Below are positions 14,114-26,086 of a stretch of DNA of 52,407 bases, piece after piece. Numbering within the stretch: position 1 is the stretch's first letter; each line of letters begins with the position of its first letter. The translations under genes were made by a program, and so were the position numbers. The notes below the pieces were generated by a model that ran no database searches, had not been told where the DNA came from, and was given only the letters and a program-made list of their open reading frames with translations. The stretch comes from Octopus bimaculoides (Eukaryota), in the NCBI RefSeq assembly GCF_001194135.2, contig NC_068992.1:20377411-20429817 (forward strand). Direction: 5' to 3'.

Positions 14114-14318
14114 AGGCGGCAAACTTGCAGAATCGTTAACACCCCGGGCGAAATGCCTTGTGGTATTTTGTCCGTCATTACGCTTTGACTTCAAATACTG
14201 CCGAACTCGAATTTGCCTTTGTGAGGAAGATAAAATAAGTACCCTTTGAACACAGAGGTCGATACAATCGACTTAGCTCCTCCCCCAACTTGCTGGCCTA
14301 GTGTGAAAATTTGAAACC
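14114..14318 (+). mobile_element. SINE family B, diverged
   Basis: aaggcggcaaacttgcagaatcgttaac...ataagtacc...gtcgatacaatcgac...aaaatttgaaacc. Confidence 0.8.
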
Positions 14319-14987
14319 ATGTGTTACAATGAGCAAAACAAAGTATAATTACGAGAAGGATAATTTTCAAGCTAATATTTTATTAAACCTCTTTATTCCT
14401 ATCTTATGATTCTTCAATCTTTATCATCTCTCTTTCTCTCTATCTCTCTCTCTCTCTCTCTNNNNNNNNNNNNNNNNNNNNNNNNNNNNNNNNNNNNNNN
14501 NNNNNNNNNNNNNNNNNNNNNNNNNNNNNNNNNNNNNNNNNNNNNNNNNNNNNNNNNNNNNNNNNNNNNNNNNNNNNNNNNNNNNNNNNNNNNNNNNNNN
14601 NNNNNNNNNNNNNNNNNNNNNNNNNNNNNNNNNNNNNNNNNNNNNNNNNNNNNNNNNNNNNNNNNNNNNNNNNNNNNNNNNNNNNNNNNNNNNNNNNNNN
14701 NNNNNNNNNNNNNNNNNNNNNNNNNNNNNNNNNNNNNNNNNNNNNNNNNNNNNNNNNNNNNNNNNNNNNNNNNNNNNNNNNNNNNNNNNNNNNNNNNNNN
14801 NNNNNNNNNNNNNNNNNNNNNNNNNNNNNNNNNNNNNNNNNNNNNNNNNNNNNNNNNNNNNNNNNNNNNNNNNNNNNNNNNNNNNNNNNNNNNNNNNNNN
14901 NNNNNNNNNNNNNNNNNNNNNNNNNNNNNNNNNNNNNNNNNNNNNNNNNNNNNNNNNNNNNNNNNNNNNNNNNNNNNNNNNNNNNNN

Positions 14988-15068
<81 letters not shown>
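14988..15068. repeat. (GT)n microsatellite, representative of many (TA)n/(CA)n/(CT)n tracts bordering gaps
   Basis: Directly visible; similar tracts near 1-48, 3590, 7560, 10140, 17110, 20520, 22670, 26015, 36810, 38825 and 48156. Confidence 0.97.
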
Positions 15069-15071
<3 letters not shown>

Positions 15072-16047
15072 ATTTACAAATATGTGTGTTCTTGAAATAT
15101 AGATATATCTGTAAGAGTGTTTTTATATTGCTGGAAGAATGATAGATATACGAATAAATTTATTCCGGGATGTGTTGATAGAGTGGCAGATATAAATATA
15201 GAATATATGCATGGATTTAATTTGTCGTTCTAAGATTATATCCTGATTGAAATTGGATTCCTCGTTTCGAGAACGTAAATATAAAACTTTTAAAATTCCT
15301 AATGATTTGATTGAAAAGATGTCAACTAGAAATAAAATGCTATCATCTCATTTTTGTTTCCAGTAAGTATATTTCTCTTATCTAACTATTGCCTCTATTT
15401 GCTATGAGCAAAATCTATAAGAGCCACAGTAATTATAATTAAAGAATGATGGTATCCTATATATACTTTCCAATATATTTTTTCTTTTACCATGATTCTT
15501 AAATTTCTATAGCTTCTGATTATCACTGCCTGCACAAGAGAATGAATGCATTTGGCATTTGATAGTAATCAATCTGTACATTTCAAATATGGTGGATATT
15601 TATAATTGCAACTTCAGAGAGCAATGAGCTCATGTATCCCTCCCTCATGTGCTTTCTCTCTCCCTATCTTTCTCTTTCTCTCTCTGACTATATAAGGATG
15701 TGTTTGCGCGTATGTATATACCTACGTAACTTAAGGTACCACTTTCAAACAGAAAAACACATTTTCGATACACCATGAAACGAATGAACAAAAACCTGAT
15801 GAATTGTGAATATAAATGATAATACTAGTCCATAATATGCATCGGTGGTATATATGCATACACTATGGGAGCAAGCATGGTTACATAATTAGGATGTCCT
15901 CAATCAATACCAGTATCATTTTTCATCTTATTGGCCGTGAGCTCCATAATAGCAGCTTACTATCTAGAGAGAATGTGTGCGGTAAACAGTCTCATTGATG
16001 CATGGATACATGTGAGTGCGTATGTGTGTGCGCGTGAATGTTTGTGG

Positions 16048-16078
<31 letters not shown>

Positions 16079-16080
16079 GT

Positions 16081-16321
16081 GAAGGCGCATGGCTCAGAGG
16101 TGAGAACATCGAGCTTACGATCGTTAGGTAGTGAGTTTGATTCCAGGACCATGCCGGGCTGCACGTTGTGTTCTTAAGCAAGACACTTTGCTTCACGTTG
16201 CCCCACTTCAATCAGTTGTACAAATGAGTCCCGACGTCACTGGTGCCAAGTTATATCCGCTTTTGCCCTTCCATTAGATAGCATCGGTGTCGTGGAGAGG
16301 GGAGGCTGGTACGGGCAACCC
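16081..16321 (+). mobile_element. SINE family C (tRNA-like head plus ttaagcaagacactt core)
   Basis: gaaggcgcatggctcagagg...gtttgattcc...gtgttcttaagcaagacactttgcttcacgttgc...cgacgtcactggtgccaag; truncated by a gap. Confidence 0.85.
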
Positions 16322-16907
16322 NNNNNNNNNNNNNNNNNNNNNNNNNNNNNNNNNNNNNNNNNNNNNNNNNNNNNNNNNNNNNNNNNNNNNNNNNNNNNNN
16401 NNNNNNNNNNNNNNNNNNNNNNNNNNNNNNNNNNNNNNNNNNNNNNNNNNNNNNNNNNNNNNNNNNNNNNNNNNNNNNNNNNNNNNNNNNNNNNNNNNNN
16501 NNNNNNNNNNNNNNNNNNNNNNNNNNNNNNNNNNNNNNNNNNNNNNNNNNNNNNNNNNNNNNNNNNNNNNATATATATATGCATATTTCGTAAATGACTT
16601 AAAGAAAATAGCGCATCTAAGCCATTTTATCGAAAGAGATTGATAAATAAAAAAAAAAGCAATGTTTAACATTGGACTCGCCAACAATCTTTAATGAATG
16701 GATACAGTGGTGATCAAGCTGTGCATTTGAAATATGGTGGATATTCTGCAGAGAGATCAGTGATCCCATGCGTCACCCATTCATTCTTCTATCTGGAAGT
16801 AATACAGGAATTAAGATTATATGCTTGGATAGCATTTGTTCTTCAGTGTTTCCTTAGTACACGTGAACATTGTATGCTATTGCTTATTTCTAGCTTTTAC
16901 CTTCCTT

Positions 16908-17110
16908 GTGTTTCAGTCATTAGACAGTGGTCATGCAGGAGCATTGCCCTGAGGAACATTTTGTCGAATGAATCGAAACCTGTACTTTTTTTTTATTTAA
17001 GCCAAGTACTTATTCAATCCATCCATTTTGCCGAACAGTTGATTACGGTGTATCGAAACACACCATCACCAGTTGTCGAGTGGTGGTGGAAAACAGACAC
17101 AAATACTCAG
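16908..17110 (-). mobile_element. SINE family A 3' half, diverged
   Basis: tgtttcagtcatt...tacttattc...ttttgccgaac...acacca, followed by (CA)n and a gap. Confidence 0.75.
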
Positions 17111-17117
17111 ACACACA

Positions 17118-17178
<61 letters not shown>

Positions 17179-18044
17179 NNNNNNNNNNNNNNNNNNNNNN
17201 NNNNNNNNNNNNNNNNNNNNNNNNNNNNNNNNNNNNNNNNNNNNNNNNNNNNNNNNNNNNNNNNNNNNNNNNNNNNNNNNNNNNNNNNNNNNNNNNNNNN
17301 NNNNNNNNNNNNNNNNNNNNNNNNNNNNNNNNNNNNNNNNNNNNNNNNNNNNNNNNNNNNNNNNNNNNNNNNNNNNNNNNNNNNNNNNNNNNNNNNNNNN
17401 NNNNNNNNNNNNNNNNNNNNNNNNNNNNNNNNNNNNNNNNNNNNNNNNNNNNNNNNNNNNNNNNNNNNNNNNNNNNNNNNNNNNNNNNNNNNNNNNNNNN
17501 NNNNNNNNNNNNNNNNNNNNNNNNNNNNNNNNNNNNNNNNNNNNNNNNNNNNNNNNNNNNNNNNNNNNNNNNNNNNNNNNNNNNNNNNNNNNNNNNNNNN
17601 NNNNNNNNNNNNNNNNNNNNNNNNNNNNNNNNNNNNNNNNNNNNNNNNNNNNNNNNNNNNNNNNNNNNNNNNNNNNNNNNNNNNNNNNNNNNNNNNNNNN
17701 NNNNNNNNNNNNNNNNNNNNNNNNNNNNNNNNNNNNNNNNNNNNNNNNNNNNNNNNNNNNNNNNNNNNNNNNNNNNNNNNNNNNNNNNNNNNNNNNNNNN
17801 NNNNNNNNNNNNNNNNNNNNNNNNNNNNNNNNNNNNNNNNNNNNNNNNNNNNNNNNNNNNNNNNNNNNNNNNNNNNNNNNNNNNNNNNNNNNNNNNNNNN
17901 NNNNNNNNNNNNNNNNNNNNNNNNNNNNNNNNNNNNNNNNNNNNNNNNNNNNNNNNNNNNNNNNNNNNNNNNNNNNNNNNNNNNNNNNNNNNNNNNNNNN
18001 NNNNNNNNNNNNNNNNNNNNNNNNNNNNNNNNNNNNNNNNNNNN

Positions 18045-18092
<48 letters not shown>

Positions 18093-18596
18093 ATTGCACG
18101 CACATACACACACACATATATATATGTATGTTGTATGTATGTATATACGCACATATATACACATACGCCCATGTGTTGCTTTCTTTTATGAGAAGATTTA
18201 TGTGAAAACATATTTATGGAATATGATCTCCCGCCACCACTCGACATCTAGAATATGATTTCTGTTTCGTAAGAAATGATAAGAGCATTTATAATTAAAA
18301 GTCGCTAACTCTGTTATTCACCTACCATTTTATGTTTGTCATAAATTTTACGAAATTTCAAAGGATATTCCACACTTACAGTTATTCATAGACACCTTCA
18401 CAATCAATTAATTGAGTGTAAAATCAACACCACTCTATAAGACACGTCTCATGAATTTACCGTAAATGATACATCATATACAAATACACACACTACGACA
18501 CACGCACACACAGACACAGACACACACACACACATACATACACACATATACACACACATGCACAGATACACATATATGCATGTATTTATATTCGTT

Positions 18597-18790
18597 TACT
18601 TGTTTCAGTCATTTGACTGCGGTCATGCTGCAGCACCACATTTAGTTGAACAGATCGAACCCATGGCTTATTCCTTACAAGCCTAGTACTAATTTTATCG
18701 GGCCCTTTTGCCGGACACACAAGTTGCAGAGACTTAAACACACTAACATCGGTTGTCAAGCGATGGCGGCTGGACTAACAGGCACGCAAA
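18597..18790 (-). mobile_element. SINE family A 3' half
   Basis: tgtttcagtcatttgactgcgg...aagcctagtact...catcggttgtcaagcgatgg. Confidence 0.85.
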
Positions 18791-19065
18791 TACATACATA
18801 CATACATACATGCATAAATACATACATATATATCTATATAAAATTGTGTACATTTAAACACAACAGAAAACTACCTAAAACAGGCAGTTTTGACACGCTA
18901 GAAGAAGTAGTCAAAATGACTAAAACCACGTTGAAGAGCAATTTTCAGAAGGAATGATAAATAAAAGCTTGTTACCTTCTGCATGCTAGGCCACTGGTGG
19001 TGTATTTTCAAAAAAAAAATTACAACTCTATATATATTTTACATAGATTTGTATATATATATATG

Positions 19066-19101
<36 letters not shown>

Positions 19102-19819
19102 NNNNNNNNNNNNNNNNNNNNNNNNNNNNNNNNNNNNNNNNNNNNNNNNNNNNNNNNNNNNNNNNNNNNNNNNNNNNNNNNNNNNNNNNNNNNNNNNNNN
19201 NNNNNNNNNNNNNNNNNNNNNNNNNNNNNNNNNNNNNNNNNNNNNNNNNNNNNNNNNNNNNNNNNNNNNNNNNNNNNNNNNNNNNNNNNNNNNNNNNNNN
19301 NNNNNNNNNNNNNNNNNNNNNNNNNNNNNNNNNNNNNNNNNNNNNNNNNNNNNNNNNNNNNNNNNNNNNNNNNNNNNNNNNNNNNNNNNNNNNNNNNNNN
19401 NNNNNNNNNNNNNNNNNNNNNNNNNNNNNNNNNNNNNNNNNNNNNNNNNNNNNNNNNNNNNNNNNNNNNNNNNNNNNNNNNNNNNNNNNNNNNNNNNNNN
19501 NNNNNNNNNNNNNNNNNNNNNNNNNNNNNNNNNNNNNNNNNNNNNNNNNNNNNNNNNNNNNNNNNNNNNNNNNNNNNNNNNNNNNNNNNNNNNNNNNNNN
19601 NNNNNNNNNNNNNNNNNNNNNNNNNNNNNNNNNNNNNNNNNNNNNNNNNNNNNNNNNNNNNNNNNNNNNNNNNNNNNNNNNNNNNNNNNNNNNNNNNNNN
19701 NNNNNNNNNNNNNNNNNNNNNNNNNNNNTATATATATATAAATGTTTGTATTTCTGCTTGTGTATTCATATGTAAAGTTATATGTATTTGCATATTTACT
19801 TATCCATATATTTGCATAG

Positions 19820-19985
19820 GTTTCTTCTACTTCTTCCTATTTCTTCTTCTTCTTTTTCTTCGTCTTCTTCTTCTTCTTCTTCTTCTGATTCTTCTTCTTC
19901 TTCTTCCTCTTCTTCTTCTTCTTCTCCTTCTTTATCTTTTTTCTTCTTCCTCTTCTTTTTCTTCTTCTTTTGCCGCTTCTTCTTC
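19820..19985. repeat. Imperfect (CTT)n tract
   Basis: Directly visible. Confidence 0.95.
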
Positions 19986-20514
19986 CCTAATTATTTACTC
20001 TGATTCGATGAACTGAATGTAGTAGCTGTTTTCTGTTTAACATAATATATTATTCCTACTTATCTGATAAGCATATTTTATTGATTACATTTGAGGAAAT
20101 ATAATTTGAATTAATAAATAATTCATCACAATAATGTAAATATGCATCTAATAATAATTATCTTGAAACGGCTGTTGAGAAAATTTAAAATATGTACTAT
20201 AGGAAAAACAAACCTCTTCCTATTCTATGTTACATTAATAAATAGGAGAAATTATGATAAACACAAGTTTCTGTCATTTGTTACCTACATACATCTCTAC
20301 TGTTGTTGTTATTTCTAACATCTGCATTAGATGTACACAGTGCAATTTCACGCAGAACCACAAAAGATCATCATTCTATGTATTGCATTATATTATAATG
20401 TTCAAATATCATTTGACCTCTGCATTATCGCATGAAGTTACAAAGATCAAATGTTATTGACATTTATGTTAAATATGTTGCGCTTAAGATCGTTTAACCG
20501 ATTATGTTATATAT

Positions 20515-20563
<49 letters not shown>

Positions 20564-21802
20564 NNNNNNNNNNNNNNNNNNNNNNNNNNNNNNNNNNNNN
20601 NNNNNNNNNNNNNNNNNNNNNNNNNNNNNNNNNNNNNNNNNNNNNNNNNNNNNNNNNNNNNNNNNNNNNNNNNNNNNNNNNNNNNNNNNNNNNNNNNNNN
20701 NNNNNNNNNNNNNNNNNNNNNNNNNNNNNNNNNNNNNNNNNNNNNNNNNNNNNNNNNNNNNNNNNNNNNNNNNNNNNNNNNNNNNNNNNNNNNNNNNNNN
20801 NNNNNNNNNNNNNNNNNNNNNNNNNNNNNNNNNNNNNNNNNNNNNNNNNNNNNNNNNNNNNNNNNNNNNNNNNNNNNNNNNNNNNNNNNNNNNNNNNNNN
20901 NNNNNNNNNNNNNNNNNNNNNNNNNNNNNNNNNNNNNNNNNNNNNNNNNNNNNNNNNNNNNNNNNNNNNNNNNNNNNNNNNNNNNNNNNNNNNNNNNNNN
21001 NNNNNNNNNNNNNNNNNNNNNNNNNNNNNNNNNNNNNNNNNNNNNNNNNNNNNNNNNNNNNNNNNNNNNNNNNNNNNNNNNNNNNNNNNNNNNNNNNNNN
21101 NNNNNNNNNNNNNNNNNNNNNNNNNNNNNNNNNNNNNNNNNNNNNNNNNNNNNNNNNNNNNNNNNNNNNNNNNNNNNNNNNNNNNNNNNNNNNNNNNNNN
21201 NNNNNNNNNNNNNNNNNNNNNNNNNNNNNNNNNNNNNNNNNNNNNNNNNNNNNNNNNNNATATGTGTGTATATATATATATATATGTATATATATATAAA
21301 TGCTTATATATATACACTGTACAATCATGTACTGGATATTTTTTTCTGTGCAGTTTAGGATGTCTTTAAATAAAGTTTCATGCAAAGCTCTTCGGAGCAG
21401 TTATATTTGGTTTACTGTAATGTGACAATATGAAGTAATAGAACGAATGACAACGTAGCAATAACAGAGAAGCAAAGAAAATAAAACGCAGGTATATGCC
21501 TGCAGTTTCTCTTTCTACTTTTGTATTTAATGTACAAGGGTTTTAGGGAAAGTCGTAAAAAAAGCATTTAGGTAGAAATTTATAAGGCATTTCACAACGG
21601 GCAACTGATCAAACGAAGACACACACACATGTATATATATTAATAATCCTTTAATGCCATTTATATTCCTCAATTTGCCATCTATGTCTCTCCGAATTTT
21701 TCTCTTAATCGTTCTCATCCACTGAATGTTGTTAGCTACTTTGCTCTCCATTTGTATGTCTGTTAATCACTTTGACTACCTAGAGATCTACCTAGAGATC
21801 TC

Positions 21803-22028
21803 GGCGAGCTGGTAGAAACGTTAGTGCGCTGGTCGAAATGCTTAGCGGTATTTCGTCTCTCTTTACGTTCTGAGTTCAAATTCCGCCGAGGTCGACTTTG
21901 CTTTCATCCTTTCGGGGTTGATAAATAAGTACCAGTTACGCACTGGGGTCGATCTAATCAACTTAATCCCTTTGTCTTTTGTTGTTTGTCGCCTCTATGT
22001 TTAGCTCTTTGTGGGCAATAAAGAAATA
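21803..22028 (+). mobile_element. SINE family B (Nin/Deu-domain-like), young monomer with TSD
   Basis: ggcgagctggtagaaacgttag...gagttcaaattcc (B-box-like)...tttcatcctttcgggg.tgataaataagtaccag. Flanked by tacctagagatctac at 21777-21791 and 22029-22043. Confidence 0.92.
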
Positions 22029-22668
22029 TACCTAGAGATCTACATATGAGGCTATCTAACCATTTTGTCTCTTAGTATAAACATACACACATACGTTCGT
22101 ATATAAATGAACAACATACATACATATGTGTATATGTGTTTTTTGTGTACGTGTGTGTGTGTTTGTGTGTGTGTGTGTGTATGTATGTGTGTGTGTGTGT
22201 ATGTGTGTGTGTGTGTATGTGTGTAGAGGCAAAGCTTCATAGAAACACATAGTCGTGCTCAAGGGAATCTGAACATAAAACCAGAATGCTATTGAAAAAG
22301 GTTTAAATTCTTAAATCGACAGCTGTTTCAGAATGCTCGGAGTTACGTAATAATCGTGATATTTATAATTTACAGATTGAATATGCAAAAATTCTTGAGT
22401 ATGCAGCTAGTATACAATCACACGAAATTATTACAGGTATATGCAGGATGTATTTGTCTATGTATATATGTCTGTGCATGTGTGTGTGCGTGCGTGTGTG
22501 TATGTGTGATTTAATCTTAAATATGTTTATCTGAATCACTATCACTCACTCTTTCTCTGTCTTTCACCCTTTCTCTATATGTGTATATATATATGTGTGT
22601 GTGTAAATATATATACATATATACCGCATACATACATATATACATGCGTATACATTTATATATATATA

Positions 22669-22709
<41 letters not shown>

Positions 22710-23057
22710 NNNNNNNNNNNNNNNNNNNNNNNNNNNNNNNNNNNNNNNNNNNNNNNNNNNNNNNNNNNNNNNNNNNNNNNNNNNNNNNNNNNNNNNNNNN
22801 NNNNNNNNNNNNNNNNNNNNNNNNNNNNNNNNNNNNNNNNNNNNNNNNNNNNNNNNNNNNNNNNNNNNNNNNNNNNNNNNNNNNNNNNNNNNNNNNNNNN
22901 NNNNNNNNNNNNNNNNNNATATATATATTATATATATGTTAAATAATGAGGGTAGAAATTAATATTAATTGATTAAAATCAATTTAAAGCAGTGGCTAAG
23001 CATATTTTAAAATCCCAAAATTAAGTAATTATATTACATACAATGTATATGATGCAC

Positions 23058-23284
23058 AACCACCAACGTGGATTCCTAATTTGCTAGAAAATGACGCCAA
23101 ATTGTCTAACCACGAAGAACGTGATCTCAAGAAATTTTAACAAACGCCAGAATGTAAAGCGAGATCTTTTTATTTGTCTTCCTCGTTTTACATTCTGGCG
23201 TTTGTAAAATTTTCTTGAGAATACATTCTTCGCGCTTAGACGATTTGGCTTCTTCTAGCAAACTAGGAATCCACCTTGGTGGTT
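23058..23284. mobile_element. Palindromic hairpin element (MITE-like)
   Basis: Arms 23058-23163 and 23182-23284 are reverse complements (aaccaccaa.gtggattccta.tttgctagaa...acaaacgccagaatgtaaa) around an 18-nt loop. Confidence 0.75.
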
Positions 23285-23998
23285 ATTCCTTATACATGCA
23301 TTCCTATTACGTGTACATATATGTTCGTGTAAATGTAAATACGTGTGTAAATGTAATACGTGTTTACGCATGCGTTCGCGTGACCCTGTAGTATAATTCC
23401 TTCAGTATCTACTTTACGTTATCTCGATTAAAGGACTCCTCAAGCTATTCTGTTATGGTCAAAGATATGACACGGCACATATTACTTCATAAACTATGGT
23501 GTTTTTTAAGGCCATCTACTATTTTAGATGATTTGTCAATGAAGTAAAACAATTTGCCTGGAAACCACACCTTTAACAACAGACTTATAGTCAATGATGT
23601 TCTTCCTAAATTTCGACGCCTACTTGACACTTGATCAAAGGATAACGTTTTGCTTTTGTCCGAAAGACTTTGTCGAAGCTTTTCAGTTACGTGATTGTGT
23701 TACTCGCAAAAATCTGTTTGCTATAAAATGGCAAAGTTATCAAGAGATAACAAGTGATCGTTCAAAATTCATCTGGAACCAAGTGTATCGCGAGAAAACT
23801 TATAAGTTAACTAATAACCTCCAGACAAACACAAACAGTTGCAGACAAACACAAACCAGTTGCAGACACGCACAGAGACCAAACACCGGCAGTAACCAGT
23901 ACAGGCACACGCACAGTCTCACACATGCATCTCTCTATACATAACTCATATAAGATCGCNNNNNNNNNNNNNNNNNNNNNNNNNNNNNNNNNNNNNNN

Positions 23999-24029
<31 letters not shown>

Positions 24030-24049
24030 AAAGCCTTATTTGATCAGAG

Positions 24050-24830
24050 TCCCTCTCATACCACATTCCGTATCTACCCTTCGTGCATATATCGCGTGAG
24101 GTGAAGAATTGTCCATCTGGGATGCCACTTACGTCTGCCTTACCGACAAGAGCATCAGAGACAAGCGCTAAACTATTGCCTGATAACTAGAGCAAAGGCG
24201 TTTTTTATCATAGTTACACCCCCAGATTTTTCAAAATTATTGCCTTGTCCACTACTTTTCTCAGCGTCACAATGACATGACGCGGCTCAGCGCTGAGAAT
24301 ACCCCCGTTCTGCTGCCAGTTGCAGTACATATTTACCAAGAAGTTCTCGAATACGTCTTATCTATGAAAATAAACCTAGTAGGGCGGACTGTGCACACTC
24401 GTGCAGCCAGCCATAGCCAAAGGCTTTTCGCCAAACTCCCCCTCCCAATCAGTGTAGCAGCTAGTACATCGCTGCAAGTGATGAAGACCTATCTCTTCTA
24501 TCATCCCTCACCCACCACAATCCGTTGAGATAAATGCCGCTGAAATGCCGCACACATCTACTGCTAGAAGCAGTTAGCACGCGTCTCTGCCGTTTCATAA
24601 AATACTGAATTGTGTCTTTATTGTCATGTTGCACTGATCCATGAAAAAGCTTTCGTTCCCTTATACATTGCATTATACGTCCAAGCTCTAAGGTAACCGC
24701 CCTGTTTGGCATCTCAAAACTTACCCGAGCGCCAATCTTACCGCCCGCACCCTAATTTCCGTAGCTTTTTCAAGCGCTTCATCTTCGTTCCTAATTTGGT
24801 CTCCCTCATGTCTAGAGGGGTCTATCACTA
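24050..24830. promoter_or_regulatory. CpG-rich, promoter/first-exon-like island
   Basis: Non-repetitive and GC/CpG-richer than flanks; GC box GGGCGG near 24382; CCAAT near 24445 and 24732; four minus-strand donor-like sites (introns starting at 24132, 24143, 24724, 24741). Confidence 0.35.
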
Positions 24831-24884
24831 TTTACTAATTAAAATGTATTGACTCTATTCCAATAACAAACTATAACGATAACA

Positions 24885-25045
24885 ATCATCCTTTCTTTGA
24901 AGGGGCAAAAGGCTGGAAATTTTGTGGGGCGCAGGGGCAATAGTCGGTTTGATCGATTCCAATTTTAAACTCGTACTTAGGTTATTGCCCTTCAAGATAT
25001 GAAAGGCGAGGCCAACTAAGGCGGCATTTCAAATTTTTTCAAGTA
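24885..25045 (-). mobile_element. Degenerate family B SINE
   Basis: caaaaggctggaaatttt...gtcggtttgatcga...gtactta...tgaaaggc...ggcggcatttcaa. Confidence 0.6.
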
Positions 25046-25094
25046 CTTTCGTTTTCGTTTATTTATTTATTTACGAGCTAATGTTGTTTTGTCT

Positions 25095-25159
25095 CTATCA
25101 TCATCATCATTATCACCATCGTCATCACAATCATAGTCTTAGTCATCGTCGTCGTCGCG

Positions 25160-25200
<41 letters not shown>

Positions 25201-25348
25201 AATCATCATCCTCATCATCATCATCATCCACTTCATTGTCGCCGTCGTCGTTTCATTTTTCACTTTATGATTGATTGTTCTTGTTTTACTTTTCCATTTA
25301 TCTTCTTCCTCCTCTCCCTCCTCCTCCAACTACTGCTACTAATACTAC

Positions 25349-25404
<56 letters not shown>

Positions 25405-25507
25405 ACATCGACGTCATCGTCACTTCCATTGACTCACTTTCAGAGCATCTACAAAGCCACCACCGCGAACATCACAACTACTGCAGCTTCACCACCACCG
25501 CACCACG

Positions 25508-25552
<45 letters not shown>

Positions 25553-25570
25553 GATGCTACTACTACTGAT
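25095..25570. repeat. Mosaic trinucleotide tracts (CAT)n, (CCT)n, (AGT)n, (ACT)n
   Basis: Directly visible. Confidence 0.95.
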
Positions 25571-26015
25571 GCTGTTTCTGCTGCTGTTTTCCCCCGCTTT
25601 CCTGATTCTGTTCATTTTTGTTCATCGTATTTTCAGTCTCATCTCATCAACCACACCATTCCTCATCCTTGGTCACTGATATTACTTTTACTGTGTTTGG
25701 TTGAAATACTGTGTTTTCTCTCTTCTCTCTCACCCCCTCTCTCTCTATCCCCTCTCTCTCTCTCCCCTCTCTCTCTCCCCTTTTACCTCATGCTTACATC
25801 CCTTCTGGCACCTATCACTTTTCTATTACTTTACTTACAAGCTCATAACCATTACCTTCCTTTCTCTAAAATTTCACTGCCTAAAAGCAAGCAATGTGTG
25901 AATATATGTATGTGTATGTATGTTTGTTTGTATGTGCGTGTGTGTGTATGCGCGGAAGTGTGTTTGTGTGTTTGTAAATGCGTGTGGAATTGTATGTGTC
26001 TGTGTTTGTTTGTTT

Positions 26016-26086
<71 letters not shown>

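Noticed and set aside
15893-15981. Hydrophobic exon candidate CPQSIPVSFFILLAVSSIIAAYYLERMCA, loosely like a DGAT1 transmembrane segment
   Set aside because: Weak acceptor, the conserved Trp is absent, and no other DGAT1-like exons were found. The resemblance is from memory only.
23820-23875. Short tandem repeats as CRISPR-like arrays (also 29455, 33185, 9154, 3820)
   Set aside because: Only 2-3 units with no unique spacers, in eukaryotic DNA; ordinary slippage duplications.
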